Shown piece by piece: positions 23,907-39,118 of a DNA stretch of 64,000 nucleotides. Positions within the stretch are counted from its first letter, which is position 1, and every line of letters begins with the position of its first letter. A model generated the notes under the pieces. It ran no database searches and had not been told where the DNA came from. It saw only the letters and a program-made list of their open reading frames with translations. The stretch lies in NCBI GenBank assembly GCA_964252035.1, contig OZ176216.1. One strand, 5' to 3'. A program made the translations under genes and the position numbers. This DNA is from Podarcis erhardii. Lineage: Eukaryota.

Positions 23907-24422
23907 TACAATTTATAGTCAATCAAAAACGCAATATAACATTTGTCACATAAAAGAAAAAGAAAAAAACCCCTCCCCATGACTTCCCTCAACTTCCCCT
24001 TCTGCTTCTTGAAATATTTACTACTTCTGCTTAATTATTATCTTATTTTTATAATCTTATACCTTAATACTCTTATTTTCTTATCAGTTTTATACCAAAT
24101 TTTCCTTCATGTTTACATATTGCAGTCAATTTCATTCCATGTTATCCTTACTCAACCTTTGATTTTATTTTCTGACTTGTGTTTAATCAAACCCTGCTAG
24201 TGAGTTGGTATCTTTACAATATTTCTGACGTTCTGAACTCTCTCCACACAAACATACACTGCACATTGGTGGGGCCCAGATAAAGTGTTCTGCCCTTTTA
24301 GTGATGCTTTAGTGACATTTTCGGGTCACTTTCAAGTTCAGCATCGTGTGTACATGGACATGCATCAATCAGTCATTGCCTGTATTATAAACAATAGGAA
24401 AAATTAAGGCAAAAAGCCTTAC

Positions 24423-24723
<301 letters not shown>

Positions 24724-26923
24724 TCAAAACATGCAGACAACTGTACCTTGCTCCATAGTGTGCTGGTAAAACCCTTATATACTAATGTTTTCTTTCCGGT
24801 GGCTTTTCACTACATCTGAATGTTTCAGTATGTAAGCAAGGTATATTCAGAATTTATCCCATATATATAACACAGACTAGCAAGGCCTACAAGCTGCTGG
24901 TAGCAATAACACCATTAACCTTTAGAAGCCCATGTCTAATTTTTCATCAGATTTATTTAACACTTGATTGTAAGAGAACCTCTTATGTGGTTTAGAAAAG
25001 CATATTTTTTAAAAAAAACTTTAAAATTATTGATAAACAGTTAAGAGGTATTTTAAAACATTCAACAGATCATTAAAAACAACAGTAGCTTTAAGAAAAG
25101 GATAAAACACATGTATCATCATGTGTCAAAATATACTGCTTTTTTGTCTTTCAGAATTCTGCAAAAAGCCTTTCCATACATTGTACCAATGAAACACATT
25201 TCTATAACTTGGCTGCAAAAGTTGGGATGCTGACTTGTTGAGGAATCAAAATAATTTGGCCAGGACTGTATTGGTGAAGCATCTCTTGCTTCAAGGATTC
25301 CTACTAGGGAAACAGGGAGCCAGTTTTTGACACCAAGCAGATAAGAGAGGAAGGAATCCATTCCAAGTCACTATGGCTGAACTGCAAACCAACTCAGAAC
25401 CTAGCGTAGTGACTTCCCCATCGTCTGCACATTTGTGTTCCAGCAAGCCAACCATGGGTTCCATTTTATCAGCTGAATCTGTTTAGAAATGAATTCTCGA
25501 TACTAGTTCTCAATTGCAGAGTTATGATTTTATTTGGAATTATTATTATTTGCCTTCAGGTTCTTCAGTTGGGCAACATCCAACTGAACTTATGGGCAGT
25601 AAACTGCGCACCTCTGGAAGCCGCACCTTCCTTAGATCACTTTAAAGGACAGAAGTTCTATCTGCAACTCTGGAAGTGCAAACAAGACAGGACCCTGAGT
25701 GAGACTGATAAGGGAGTGTGGGATCTACAAGCTAGCTTTACTCAATAAAATATAAACTACCTTCAACAGATGCACCAATATTCTTAATAAACACACCTCC
25801 TCTCCCCCCTCTTCTGCCCCGACCCTATACTGCATACAACACTATTGTCTCATATCAAATGTAACTGATTTGTAGAAAGGACTACAACCTTTAAAAATGC
25901 ACATACCAAGAAAATCTTGAATAGAAATTACTTTAAAAAAAATAAAATCTGAATCCCACCCTGAAGTTTGCTTGAATTCTCTCTGCTCAGAGCACAAAAG
26001 TGTGATTCTCCCTAGTTCCCAACTTGCAAAAGCTTACGAGAAGAAATCCCTGCGAAGGTCAGGATAAGAGCCTCAGATCCTGATTCTATGCAAAGCCTGT
26101 TAAGATTTATTATGTAAGACGGGGGAGGGGAAAGAACAAGGGAAGAGACAAAGTAGCAGCAATGTGCTAATAATGACTGAGCCTGCTGGAAAGTATGCAC
26201 AATATTTGGTAGCATTAAATCTGCGGAACAATGTAATGCCACACAGAGACTGGGGTAACACAACAACAACAACAAAAGACTTATCTTTTCTCCTTTAAAT
26301 GGAGAGAATCTGTTTCCCAATGGCAAATTTTGGGAGCCTAGGCAGAGCACTTTTCTGAGCTGTTTTTGCCGCTAGATTTTGAGGGAGAGGAGAAAAGGCA
26401 CCATTCTCACCATAATTGTGAGAATCACCGACCAATTTTGTAAGAGGCACAAATTTATTTTTCAAAAGAACATTTGCATTGTACAGCCAGTGCTTTTCAT
26501 CTGGTTTTGAAAGGTATTTTTGTTAGCAACCTAACAAAGTCAATAGCTTCCACAAATATTTTTCAAAACTCCTGTTGATCTGGCACGTCCCCACACAGCA
26601 TTAGGTGCTGTAAATCCTTGGGTGTGTTTGAGGTGTGTACCGAGTTCATCTGGAAGTTAGAGGACAGCGGGCGCAATGAGGCGGTAACAGTTTCCTCATT
26701 AAAGGGGAACTCTTGTTGAGATGTGTTTATTTGTAAAACAACGTGGGTGTCTTCATAGAGAAGAACGCAGCACTAATGTCTGCACCCTGCCTCCTTTCCA
26801 AAGAAAACCAAGACCAAGGGCCAGTTCCAATATGGCAAATTTCACTGCATCCATAGTGCGAATGATAACAAAAATATAAATATAGCAAAATATGCTTGCC
26901 ATAAACAGTCTGAAGGTATAGAC

Positions 26924-27053
26924 TAGGGTTGCCATAGTTCAAAAGGTGAAAATCTGGACACAAAAATTCTTGAGCTTGGGTTACCATACATTCAGATTTT
27001 CCTGGACATTAAAGCGATTTCCACCAGGAAATTCTGGACGGATGGAAACCCTA
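26924..27053. mobile_element. hAT-type MITE
   Basis: TIRs tagggttgccat / atggaaacccta; 8-bp TSD gtatagac (26916-26923 / 27054-27061). Confidence 0.85.
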
Positions 27054-27890
27054 GTATAGACCAGGGGTCAGCAACCTTTTTTTCAGCCGTGGGCCGCACA
27101 GACCTTCTGATGTTACTGTTTTCCTCACTGAAGTGACTTGTAGGCTCAATCCCATGACTGAAAACTGGCGCCATAAATGCTGTGGGACATTCACACTGAC
27201 AAGTTTTAGCCCCTAAACTCTGGCAACACAATGGACAGCAAAACCATGCTCTGGAAACATTGCTAATACTAGGAGACACTAAGACCCAATTACCTCCCCC
27301 ATCAAAAAAACTGGAGAACAGCAAGCCTGGCACTGCATTAAAGGAACCTGCATCAGCACATCCTCTCTCCTGTATGTGCTTTGCAAGATTTTCTTGTCAC
27401 CTCCGTGTGTCCTTTCCCATTAGAGTAGCATGAAGCAAACACACACACACTTTTTGGTTCAGCCACGGGCACCTGCCTGCAGCAGAATTGTTCAAGGCAA
27501 ACTGTCTTGTCCTCTCAACTGAAAGAGAGGATGGATAGCAGCCATGTGCAAATGACTCAGACAATCCCTCTGGCCATACAGAGAATTTAGAATCTTAACT
27601 TTGGTTTGAACTCCCAAGAAGGAGGAATTAGCAAGCTAAACTGCAGCACAGACATAAGTGCATGGATTCAGTAAGAGAGGACCAGATTTCTGCATTGGCC
27701 AAATTGTTTCCTCTAATACAATAAAGACAAGTTTCAAAGGAGCTCTTGCTTCCCATTCTCAAAGCTACTGGGGCCTTTATGACTTGTCTTTAAAAGCAAG
27801 ACCACTTATCTACCAACTAGGAAGAGCAATATAACATGTTAACTAAAATTTAGCAGTTTCTTTAAAGGGACGCTCAATTTAATACAATTA

Positions 27891-28094
<204 letters not shown>

Positions 28095-28418
28095 CTATAT
28101 TTTTAAGTCCAGGCTGAATGTATTTATCTGGCATGCTCAACAAAACAAAATGGAACCTAATGTATATTAAGCTCCCAAATCCCTGCAAGATCTTTGCATT
28201 TGTGGGGGCCCTGGTTTGAGCCCAAACGATATACAAAAACACTATATCCTTGCTCACGTCTTAGCAGCTCAAGAAAATTTCTCTAACGCCTCAATAAGAG
28301 TTTGGGCTCCAACAAAACAGTTCAAATCCTGGGGAAGAAAATCCAGGAGCAGACTTCTCCCATCATGGCATTTTAACCAGACCCCACACCATCAAGGCAA
28401 GTCATATTAACTTCATAC

Positions 28419-28657
28419 CAGGTGCATCGGGCCGTTTTGCCACTTGAGGCGAAATAGCAACATGCCCCTGCTGCCACACTTCTCTTAGCAGCAGCGGTGG
28501 TGCCTTCCACTGTGATCTTGCTGGTATCTCATGAGATCTCATGCCCTCTGGAAGTGGTAGGACGGGTAGCAGAGGAGAGGTGGGCACCGCCTCTTGGGCT
28601 TCCACTGCTTGGGGCGGGTGCCTCACCCTGCTCTGCCATAACAGTATGCCAGGCCTG
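28419..28657. mobile_element. Probable hAT-type non-autonomous element
   Basis: cagg...cctg termini, 8-bp TSD (c/g)ttcatac at 28411-28418 / 28658-28665, GC-rich relative to its flanks. Confidence 0.6.
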
Positions 28658-31600
28658 GTTCATACCAAGCACCATCAAAGGTTAGACACATAGTAGTACA
28701 GGAAAGACATCTCCTTCCCTTCCTGTTACGAACTAACGTTAGGAGCTGCATTGAACATCTGTAGAACAATAGCAGCTTTTGGTTCTTCCAGGCCTTCAGT
28801 TTATGAATTTCCATTAAAGGCTGCTTGTGCTGTTGGTGCTCCCGAGTACAATTAAGTACTGTGACTTCACTGTGCGGGTACTACGTATAACCCCAATTAT
28901 TTTTATGTATCAATCAGAGATGTGTAACTATCACACAGCTAAGACAATTAGCCTAAAGCTATAAGGACATTGTAGAAACAGGATACAATTTTACACAACA
29001 GTGTTGTCCATAGTCACTCATTTTGTTTGATCCTATGAAAAAGATTTTTTTCTGGAAGACATGGCTGGAACAATCACAGGTGTCTGTGATGATGGTGTTA
29101 GGAATCTGAAAGCAGTTTTTAAGCCTTGTTCCTGACAATGCGGGTGGGGTCTGGATTCCTGTTTTCCTACCCCCTTCTTGTCACTCTTCTCTGGGTACTC
29201 CAAGTTCTGCTCAGCATGGGGTCTCTGCCATGCCATGAAAACTCTCAGCAGGAAGTTGCAACTGCGTTAACTACTACCAGCCCACCTATATGCATTGCAG
29301 ATCCATTCCCAAGAAGCGACTGAAGTTACCCTGACCATGAGAGCCTTAAAAGGAACTAAAATATAACCTGCATAGTAAGAACAGCTTCAAGGGCAGAACT
29401 CACACCTCAAGAGCAAACACAGAGGTGAACAATTAAGCAGCTTGGTGAAGAGAACACAATGGAGAGAATGCAAGAGCCCATTCGTGCCCTTGTAACATTT
29501 TAATGTCACCTGCAAAGCTGGCATGATAGCGGAAACGAAGGATCTTAAGGGTGCCAATGTGAACCAGTGTAGTATTCTTGGTTTAAAAGCCTCCAGGAGA
29601 CAAGTCAGTGTATGTTTCCAGTTCTCTCAACACTTTATTCCATCAAATACTGCTGTCAAAAGTATAACATACAACGTTTGCATAATGTTTGTAACGCAAG
29701 ATTTGTACAGCATGACTTTATGCACACTTGCTATTAGCATAGTAAGGTGCACAGACTATTACTTCATAATGGTCTCTCTAAAAGAGCTGCTCTTACTACT
29801 TTTCCATGGAGCACAGAGGCACACAAGCTAGGTTTCCAACTGTGTCATTGCAAAGAATCACACCTCAGACTAACAAGCCTCATATATTCTTGAGCATAAT
29901 TGTTCACTTGTGAAGTTCCAGAAACTTTGAAGCAAAACTCAGAGAGAGTTTGGTAATAGAGATGTTTGTTTAGTCTTATCTCCCAACTGCATAGTTCTAA
30001 GCCAAGGAATGCAAGTGCCATGTGGCATTGGTCAGCAGACAGCATGACTGGATAAATGCTGCAGTTGTACATGCATCATAGAGACCTTGGTCCAGTGGTG
30101 AACATGCTGCATTATGCTGGAGAGCGAGCTCCCAGTTTACCTTGCATGACCTGTGCTACTAGAAGCAGCTTGACATGGACTCCTAGTGTGATACGGACAA
30201 ACTCTGCCTCCCTATTTCATTCAAAGGTAGGGGCCTTCAGATGGCCCTAATCACACACCTCAGGGTCCAACGTGTCCAACACTGGAAACAATATACAAAT
30301 GAGGAACTGATTTCCAAGCAGTTCTGCACCTGCACCTCAAATATAGGAATACAGACCTAACCAACTGTCCGCTTAAAAACAGCCATTTAAAAAACCATTC
30401 CAAGAGTACAGTACACATCACTATTTTCAAATTTGATATGTCAGAAGAAAAATGCCAGTGGTGCAAGAAAAATAATCTGATTTTGCTGCTCTTTGACCAG
30501 ATAAGCAGATAGTGGCCTGGTGTGCATGTAATGCTAGACCAAAGTTTAGCATTACAAGAATGAGCCACACACAGTGAACCTCAGGCTTGTCTCCTCCTTG
30601 GGCATGGTTGCCTAGAGGAGACTGGAAGGTTTTGCTTACAGGTTTTTGCCTGCTCACACAGTCAGTGCCAAGCAAGAGTGGTTTTTGCTTCACTATTTTT
30701 CCAGGGTATGTAATTGCTTGTTTTACTTTGGATGGTGACTGCTGAGATTATGTGTTATAAATTTTGTGGCCCACCTAGAGCCTTAAGTTTGAGTTATTTA
30801 AGAATGTTAGATATAGATAAATCCAACGCAAAACCTAAGAGGCATTGAACAAAATGCATTTTAAAGCCTTAAAAGAAGTGGGTGGCTGAAGGGGCAATAT
30901 GCTAAATATTCACACACATAATGGCTGCTTTAAGGATGGCTATAATAAAAAGGGATGTCAAGAAAGGAAGAAGAGCCACAGAATTAATTGCAAAAGGGAT
31001 CTTATGAAGTCGCTAATAGAATAGAAATAAATTAAATACTTGCTGAGGGCTGTAAAGGTATTGATCTTTTTAATGGCAGGGGACTGGCTAATTTACTTTG
31101 AGGTCCTTCCCAGCCGTGAAGTGATAATCTTCTAGTAACGAAGAAACTTGTTCTCCTTTTATTTGAACACTGCTGGGAAACCCAGATGGCTGTTCATGTC
31201 ACATTTCCCCATTCATTCTATCTTCCCTCACCCTAGAAGCTGGAGAATTAATCTATGATAACTAATGCCCTCTGCTAGTCAGTCAGTTTCTACCACCGTC
31301 TTTGTTGTGAACTTTTCAAAAATCCACCCTAGCAAACCTTGAAAAGAGATGAAGCAAATTCTTCCCACCTTGCTTCCTATGCAGGTGTAAAGACCCTTTC
31401 CCCACAATTCTCAAATCTGTGATACTGAGCTGAGATTTAAAAAACAACAGCACAGAGACAGACAGGCAAACAACAATATTTCCATATGAATTAAAGCTTT
31501 TTAAAAAGCATCTTACTTGGGAAATTTCCAAACCAGATTATGCAATACTTTTGATAAGGTAAAATTACAGAGCCTTGTACAACCAGGGAACACCTGTTGG

Positions 31601-31989
31601 GCAATACTGCATGTCAAATTCACCCACCCACCAGTTTTCTGTGATGTTTATTATTTAATACTAATGTACGAGATATAGCAATCCAGAGCAAAGGGCTCCA
31701 GAGCAAAAGAAGCTCCCTTCCCCTACAGTTTGAAGAATTTGAAAACTCTTTTGTCTAAAAAGAGCAGATGAGTTTTAAAGGGGAGTAATTTTAAGAAATT
31801 GGGTTTGTTTGCTAGCAGAAGGCATCTCTCCTCAGCTTCAGGAGGGAGATGTGTGGATCTTTTGTTATTTGGTAATGTGAGCAAGGCAGTAATTGCAAAG
31901 AGAGGTGCTGATAAAAGGAAAGGAATGAGTGAGAGGCATAAACCTGACCCACTGCAGGAACTGAATACTGATCACTGATCACCCAGTTC

Positions 31990-31997
31990 TGACGTCA
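31990..31997. promoter_or_regulatory. Perfect palindromic CRE (TGACGTCA) in SIK2 intron 4
   Basis: Direct motif match; function not shown. Confidence 0.3.
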
Positions 31998-34900
31998 ATG
32001 CATGTTACACAGTCCACCAGCAGAAAAGGCTGCTGTGAGCCCTTTCAAAATAACAGTCTCCCGTCCCCGCTTTCCTTCAAATGACCTAACTGCATTCAAA
32101 TCATGGAGTCCTCTCTTCTGCACAGCATCACGCTGATGCCCAAACTGCTTTGCTGGATTTAACCCTCCTGGCCTTTAAAGAGGCTAATGTGGACTTTAAG
32201 GAGTGGGTCGAGAACACGCAAGATAGCAGCATCTCTGCCAGCTCTGAAGTGCTGCAATTACAATGTCAAGCCCAGACGGTTGCTTCCTTTTACAAAGAGG
32301 CCCCACTGAAACACAATTCTGTGTCATCACTTTCACAGCACCTGGACTGCGCCTAACAGTCTTCACAAGCCCCTCAAAAGCTAACCAGGAGGACAAATAT
32401 TTTCTCAGAATAGCCAACAGAACTGTTTTCTCCCAAGAAGTCGGAGAGAAAAATTGCCAGGCTTGCACCAAACCATGCCCCTCTCCATAGGAAAATTCAC
32501 ATAGAGTCCATGCAACCGTTTATCAATAACAATGACAATGACAACAACAACAATAATACCCCACACATCTGGCTGGGTTGCCCCGGTCACTCTGGGTGGC
32601 TTCCAACACATATATATTAGAACTTGCTTGGATCAGTCATCCAAACCACCCATCCTAGCATTAACAGAATTTTAGCAAACTATTCAGAAATCTGGGTAAG
32701 AACCAGGAGTGTAAAATTCACCACAGAGATTATCATTGCAGGAAGTGGCTACATGACCCAACGTCATACGTTACCATATGGTAAACTGTCACATTTAAAG
32801 TATTTAAAAATAAGGTCAGTATTAATTTGGTTAATTAAAGGAAGTACAGAGATCTTCAAGCAGCAAGACAGAAACAGTATCACAGACAGTCATTTGAATT
32901 TCAAAAGGGAGTGCCCAAAGCCATTGAAAAATACATAGCTCATATACTGAGCAAAAATAGTATGAAATGATGTAGTGATTGACGATGGCTAAAGCAGTTT
33001 TAAAAAGAGACAAATTCCTGGGGGGTATAGGCAGGTCAATGAAAACTGAAAAGGATAGCCGAGTCGAGCCTACACTTTCAGAGGCAATGTTCCTGTGATT
33101 ACTAGTAGTTGGGGAATTAATATGGGAGGGCTAGAGCCTTCATATCTTTGATGTGATCTTTCAGGAATCATCTGGCTAGTCAGCTGGTTTAGATGGGCAC
33201 TTGTTCTGATCCCAGGACTTATTTGAAATATAATTTAGATTTCAATGCAGTATAGTGAATTTCATGCTGGATTAAAGATAGGAGCTACACAGAATCAAAT
33301 CCTTGCTCTGCTACCTTGGATAAGTTACTGCCAGCCCAACTTACCTCCCAATATCACTGTGAAAATAAAATGTGTGTAGGTGAGGAGGAAGCAAGGCTAT
33401 GTGTGGCTGTCATGCATTTCTTGGGAAAAGGGCAGAATAAAAATGTAGTATGTCAAGAACCCATGGAGTGGAAACTCAGCACAAACTTTGAGCCTTTAGG
33501 TCACAGTGTCCAAATATTTCAATTTTAGTGTTCATTTTTACAGTGCTGAAATCGTCATAGAGGATACAGACTCTGACAAGTGCCAGAATTCCAAAGAACA
33601 TGGGTTGCAACAGAACAAACAAACAAACAAACAAAAAAAATCACCCATTCTCACAGAGGTATGAGAAACCAAGACACTCGATTACCACATGCAGATGTCC
33701 TAGACTGCCAGATCCATCTTTAAAAGGGGACAATGGAGCAGCCCAAATTGATAAATAAAATGCTGTTGCTGCTGCCACACAACAGCATATGAAGGATTCT
33801 TGTCATGGTATGAAAAACACAAGTTCATCCATGCAAACAAGTTACACACAGATCTTTTGCTGTGTAGTTTTTCTGTCCTTCAACCCTTTATTTGCTGCCC
33901 TAAGAGGATCCCCATTTTTCTTAGCACAGCAAACTACATAGTGTGAGGAACTGAACACTTCCCCATTTCCCAACTTCCCGTTTAAAATGTGTCTATTGGA
34001 GATGTTTTAAGTGAAAAAAATTAGAAAAAAATATAGTTCGCAGGCTTTTTTATATGCAAGTGGTCCATTTGTTATAGGGGCAAACTACTACTTCTCTGCC
34101 TTCCCTGCAAAAGAAAATCTCATTCCAATATCCTCTTAATATCCTGTTTTTTTTCATGCATTAAAGCCAGTGCTTTATGGTCCACTGAATTTCACTAATT
34201 TCAATAGAAGGAGTAAGTCTTCTGTAATACCCATCAAGCCAGGCTTGGGTAGGGTATGTGTGTTGTGTGGGGGTTGGATTCACTGCAGCACAATTGCATG
34301 GGCTATTGCAGTCTTCCCCAACCAGGTGCCCTCCAGAAGGTTTGGAGCACAATGCCCACCAGCCCCAGCTACCACATCTGGAGGGCACCAGGTTGGGAAA
34401 GGCCGGCCTCTTGTATCTTTCCCTCCTGTATGAAGTGCTACTGTTTGATACCAGCACTGTATTCTTTCAGAGTGATTTTTAATTTCATGGGGATTTGTTT
34501 TTAACAAGCTAACTTTACTGCCAACTTTTTTTCCTTGGTGCAGCTGCTCTTCTTTCTCTGTCATCTATCCCTACGTAAGAAAATGGTAAGAAGCCTTAAA
34601 CAGTCATTATTCCCTCCTCCTTGAAGCTAACACCATCTGGAGAACTTGCCAGACATCTTTTATTCCAAGAACTCAACTGCTCTATAGAACTCTCAGCAGC
34701 TTAAAAATGAGTGTCCCTCATTTTTGAAATTCTGGTCTGGCAATCCAAGGATCCTTAGTATTATACTGAGGCAAAAGAAAATTATCTATTGCAAAGAACA
34801 TCTGCTGTGTCTAAATTTGTAATTAAAATTAAATCAAGCATGCTAAAATAATCCAGAGAGTTTCCATTTTGAGCTTTTTTATACTCAAGAATTATTTGAT

Positions 34901-35179
34901 TAAATTTGATTGTAACCAGCACATCTGGCAATGCTAACAAGTTGTCATGACACTACAAAAATTCATAAAACCCTACAAAATTACTGCCATTTTCCCCCAA
35001 GAAAGAAATACAAGCAGCAGCTATTTTTAGTAAGAACTTAGTGTCAAAAGCCTACACCACCCATAATGCAAAGGGGGCATATCAGGAAATCCTCTCTGTC
35101 TTTCCACTTTCTCTAGGGCTGCTATAGGAAGTTTGCCAAAGTCACTTGGAGGAAAGAGGAATGTATTCGCCAGGCACTA

Positions 35180-35455
<276 letters not shown>

Positions 35456-36699
35456 TCAGAGATAGTATGTTATGCTCTCCCCAAGTTCACTAGCAAACTG
35501 CATTGTGATAGTTGCCCATTATGTGAGGTTAACTTTTCTGCTCCAAAGTTTAGTCACTAGGAGAAAGCCTTGCACATTCTTGTTTTGACAAGAACAAAAA
35601 ACAGTAACCTCCTCATCCACCAGAGACTGGATGTTTCACTCTTCCTTCATAGTACATTCTGTCCTGACTGTTTACTAGAGTAACCAGAGGTGATGTCTTT
35701 GCTTGGGGCTTGCCTTGAGTTTCCTATATGTGGCACAAAGACGCGAAACAGAGCAGGTAAAGAGAGGGGAAGTAGACTGAACTACTCATTTCCTCACAAA
35801 AACGGAAAGCAAAAAAATACAGCCTTATAGGTTCCAAGAAAAATAATAAAGACAGCAATCTGGTATGTTTTCTTTCTAGTTAAGGATTCTGAAGTAAAGG
35901 ACATCTGTAATGGTGCAAACCATTTCCAGGAGTCAGTATTTCCGAGGCATTTGGGTGACCCTCCACTCTCCTTTGATTTACACTGCTATAGAGTGGGACT
36001 TTTTATTTAGTTTGCAAGTACAGTAATAAGTAAATGTTAACATAAATTTATGGTGGCAGCACAGTAACGGGGAGCAGTAAATTGTATAAAGGCCAGTTGA
36101 CCAAGCCAAAAGCATGAACATTAAGGATGTATCTTAACTGGAAAAATGATATCCACATAAAAAGGAAGCCCCGAAGAAGGGTTTTGCGCATGAAACATGG
36201 CTGAGGACAGTGTTCTTCCTGTCAAGTGCAGAAAAGAGAACCCCATTCAACACATGCTGTGTGCTCTCACTGCAACATGAAGACAGATGCATCTCTCCCT
36301 ATCCCCTTTCAGAAAGGAAATGGTAACGTGCTACTTTCAGAACCAAATGTCTTGCTTCTTAAAGGAGGAGTTGGCAATGCAAAGTCTGTGGCTGTACTAG
36401 GCCCAGAAAAGTTTTCTCCCCAAAATTATTCTCCTTGTCCATCACCCTGTCTCCCGACCCCAGCCCCAACCACACATTCCATCCTGGCAAACTGACATAT
36501 AAAACACAGTTGCAAAGAATCAGGAAGTAGACTGTCAAGAACCTGGAATATGGCACTGATTTGTTGATTAGGTGGCTTATTATGAGAAGTGTTTTTTGGC
36601 CTTTTAAAAAAAAAAAAAGTAGGGACACATATTAATGGACTATAGATTCACAGTTTTGGACCAGTTATTTGCAGGATGGCTGCATCCATCTTAACCTGC

Positions 36700-37020
36700 C
36701 TGGACCTTGAGGTTGGCCTCAGATGCCCTGCCATCAAGAACTCTTAGGTTTGTGAGACAAGGGTAAAAGAGACTTCTTGGCAGAATTCTCTTTCTCGATT
36801 GTGAATGACTCCTACTCTATTGGTTTATAAACTGAGCTTGTTTTTTTTTTTAATCACATTTCTTTTTAATATGTGGTAGTTGGTATTGTTTTAACTGCCT
36901 CTGTTTTCAGGTTATAAAGTTTTAGTTTTATATTGCAGTTTTATTGAAATGGTGCAGTATGTTTTTGATGCAAGCTACCTTGGGAGAGTTTTGCTCTGAA
37001 AGGAAGCACATACACATTAT
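36700..37020 (+). mobile_element. Old L2-type 3' tail
   Basis: T-rich UTR followed by gcaagctaccttgggagag...ctgaaaggaagcacatac, a degenerate L2 terminal stem-loop. Confidence 0.5.
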
Positions 37021-38302
37021 TGAAACAAACAAACAAACCTGCTCAATAGATCTGGACGTGACAGATACAGATTAAAGCATATAGTAATACAACATTCTTG
37101 TATGTAATTTCCTTAGAGAAGGGGAGAACTTACCTATGTGAACTGTATTAATCAATAGTAATAAACAACTACTGATCAAAACTGATTTCACCCAAGTGCA
37201 CCTTTTATGGAAGTAATGCTGACCATCTACTCTACTGTGGATATGTAATATGCTCTGCATAGATAAATTTTTCAAGACAGAACATGAAATATTTCATTTA
37301 CACCTCTTACATCCCCAAATGGTATCATCAACAACATACTTAGCAGGACAAGTGAATTGGAAGAAGACAAAAATGAGAAGTAACCAAGTCAGTTTGCTAA
37401 CAGACCAGCCAATACATTCACTACGATAACAGTTATGCCTTTATTTAGCCACTACAGCAAATTTGGTCATGGAGCAGAAAACATCTTCGTTCCTTGCAAT
37501 AAGTACACATACTTATAGGTTGCAAGGAAAATAGCAAAATAATAAAGATAGCAATGTAGTATATTTTAATTCCAATTTCTGTATTCTGAAATAAAGGGCA
37601 TATTTCTGTTCAAGCAGGGCTTGATGTCTACATCTACTTATGTATGTTTGACTGCTAAACAACTTATGCATGTTTAATTACTTTATTTCCCCTTTGCATT
37701 ACTATGACAAAACTCTTTTAGATCTGTCATATACTCCAATGCAGCAATGCACACTTTGAAAAATTCTGAAACAAAACAGCCAACCTCATGCTATGCTAGT
37801 GTAATTCACTAAAGCTCCAATTTACCACCCAAGTCAGCAACACTTCACTTGCAACAAATCTTTTAAACTTTATTTTTCTGAAAGGTATCCAGCTGCAATT
37901 TTCAATCCCATGTTAGATAGCTGCCTACCTGTATGGAGAGACAGATGGAAACTATCCTTAGTGTTCTTAATGCTGGGGCTGTAACAAGTTGCCATTATTA
38001 TTTATTAATATTTGACTTATTAGTTGCTTAGTACAAAAAAGGCTCTAAGCGATTTACAAAAGTCAAAAGGGTGCAACATAAAACAACACATTTCCATAAA
38101 ACCATTCTAATAACCCATAAACAGACCCATAAACAAACAAAAAAACTACAGCAGCAAAAACATTCCCATCAAAGGAATAATCAGCCAGCTTGACATACAC
38201 AGTCTAATGAAGACCTAACAAAACATTAATCATTATGTCCTTTCTTTGGGTGGCAAAGTTGAAGCCAGCTGGCTGGTTCCACTAAGAAAAGCATACTATA
38301 TA

Positions 38303-38657
38303 CAGTGGTGCCCCGCAAGACGAACGCCTCGCAAGACGGAAAACCCGCTAGACGAAAGGGTTTTCCGTTTTGGAGGCGCTTCGCAAAACAAATTTCCCTA
38401 TGGGCTTGCTTCGCAAGACGAAAATGTCTTGCGAGTTCCTGCGGGGTTTTTTCCTCCCCCCCCCCTTTTCCTAAGCCCTAAGCCGCTTATCAGCTGATCC
38501 GCTGATAAGCCGCTTATCAGCTGATCCGCTAAAAGCCGCTAAACCGCTAATAGCGCTAATCCGCTAAGCTGTCAATCGGCTTGCTTCGCAAGACGAAAAA
38601 ACCGCTATACGAAGAGCCTCACGGAACGGATTAATTTCGTCTTGCGAGGCACCACTG
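38303..38657. mobile_element. Young Tc1/pogo-type MITE with internal tandem repeats
   Basis: TA TSD; TIRs cagtggtgccccgcaagacgaa / ttcgtcttgcgaggcaccactg; CpG-rich. Confidence 0.9.
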
Positions 38658-39118
38658 TAGAAAGATAATGTCTAGGGTGACTGATCAAGAGAGTTGTTCT
38701 GACCTTTGTGGGATATCAAATAGAACCCTCCAAGTGCAGAAGCACTATATGTGATTTTTTTTTTTAAGCTTCAAATGTGATAAAAAGCACAACAAGCTAG
38801 AATTTAGCCATACTCTAGCCATATCAAAATCTATGCAAATATAAAAATCAAATGAAAATGTCTTTCTTATTCAGATGACAGACCTAAATCATTCTGCATT
38901 ACATTTTGCCTGTTACTCTCAACGAGCTCAAGAGCGTAAGGTGCACCCAGTCCAGCATCGTGTTCCCACAGTGGCCAATCAGATACCTATACTCACATGC
39001 TGGATGCACTCAAATTCATGTTCTCCAGCAACTGGTATTCAGAGGCATACGGCCTCTGATAGAGGGTAATGCATGCCCATCATGACTAATAGCCATTGAC
39101 AGTCTTTCCTCCACAAAA

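Larger units (their letters stand above)
23657..24227 (-). mobile_element. L1-type 3' end fragment, host of the Penelope insertion
   Basis: tttttaaagatttttattg (poly-A and signal, reversed). Degenerate TSD acgttc(c/t)gaac(ac)tctctc at 23638-23656 / 24228-24244. Confidence 0.65.
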
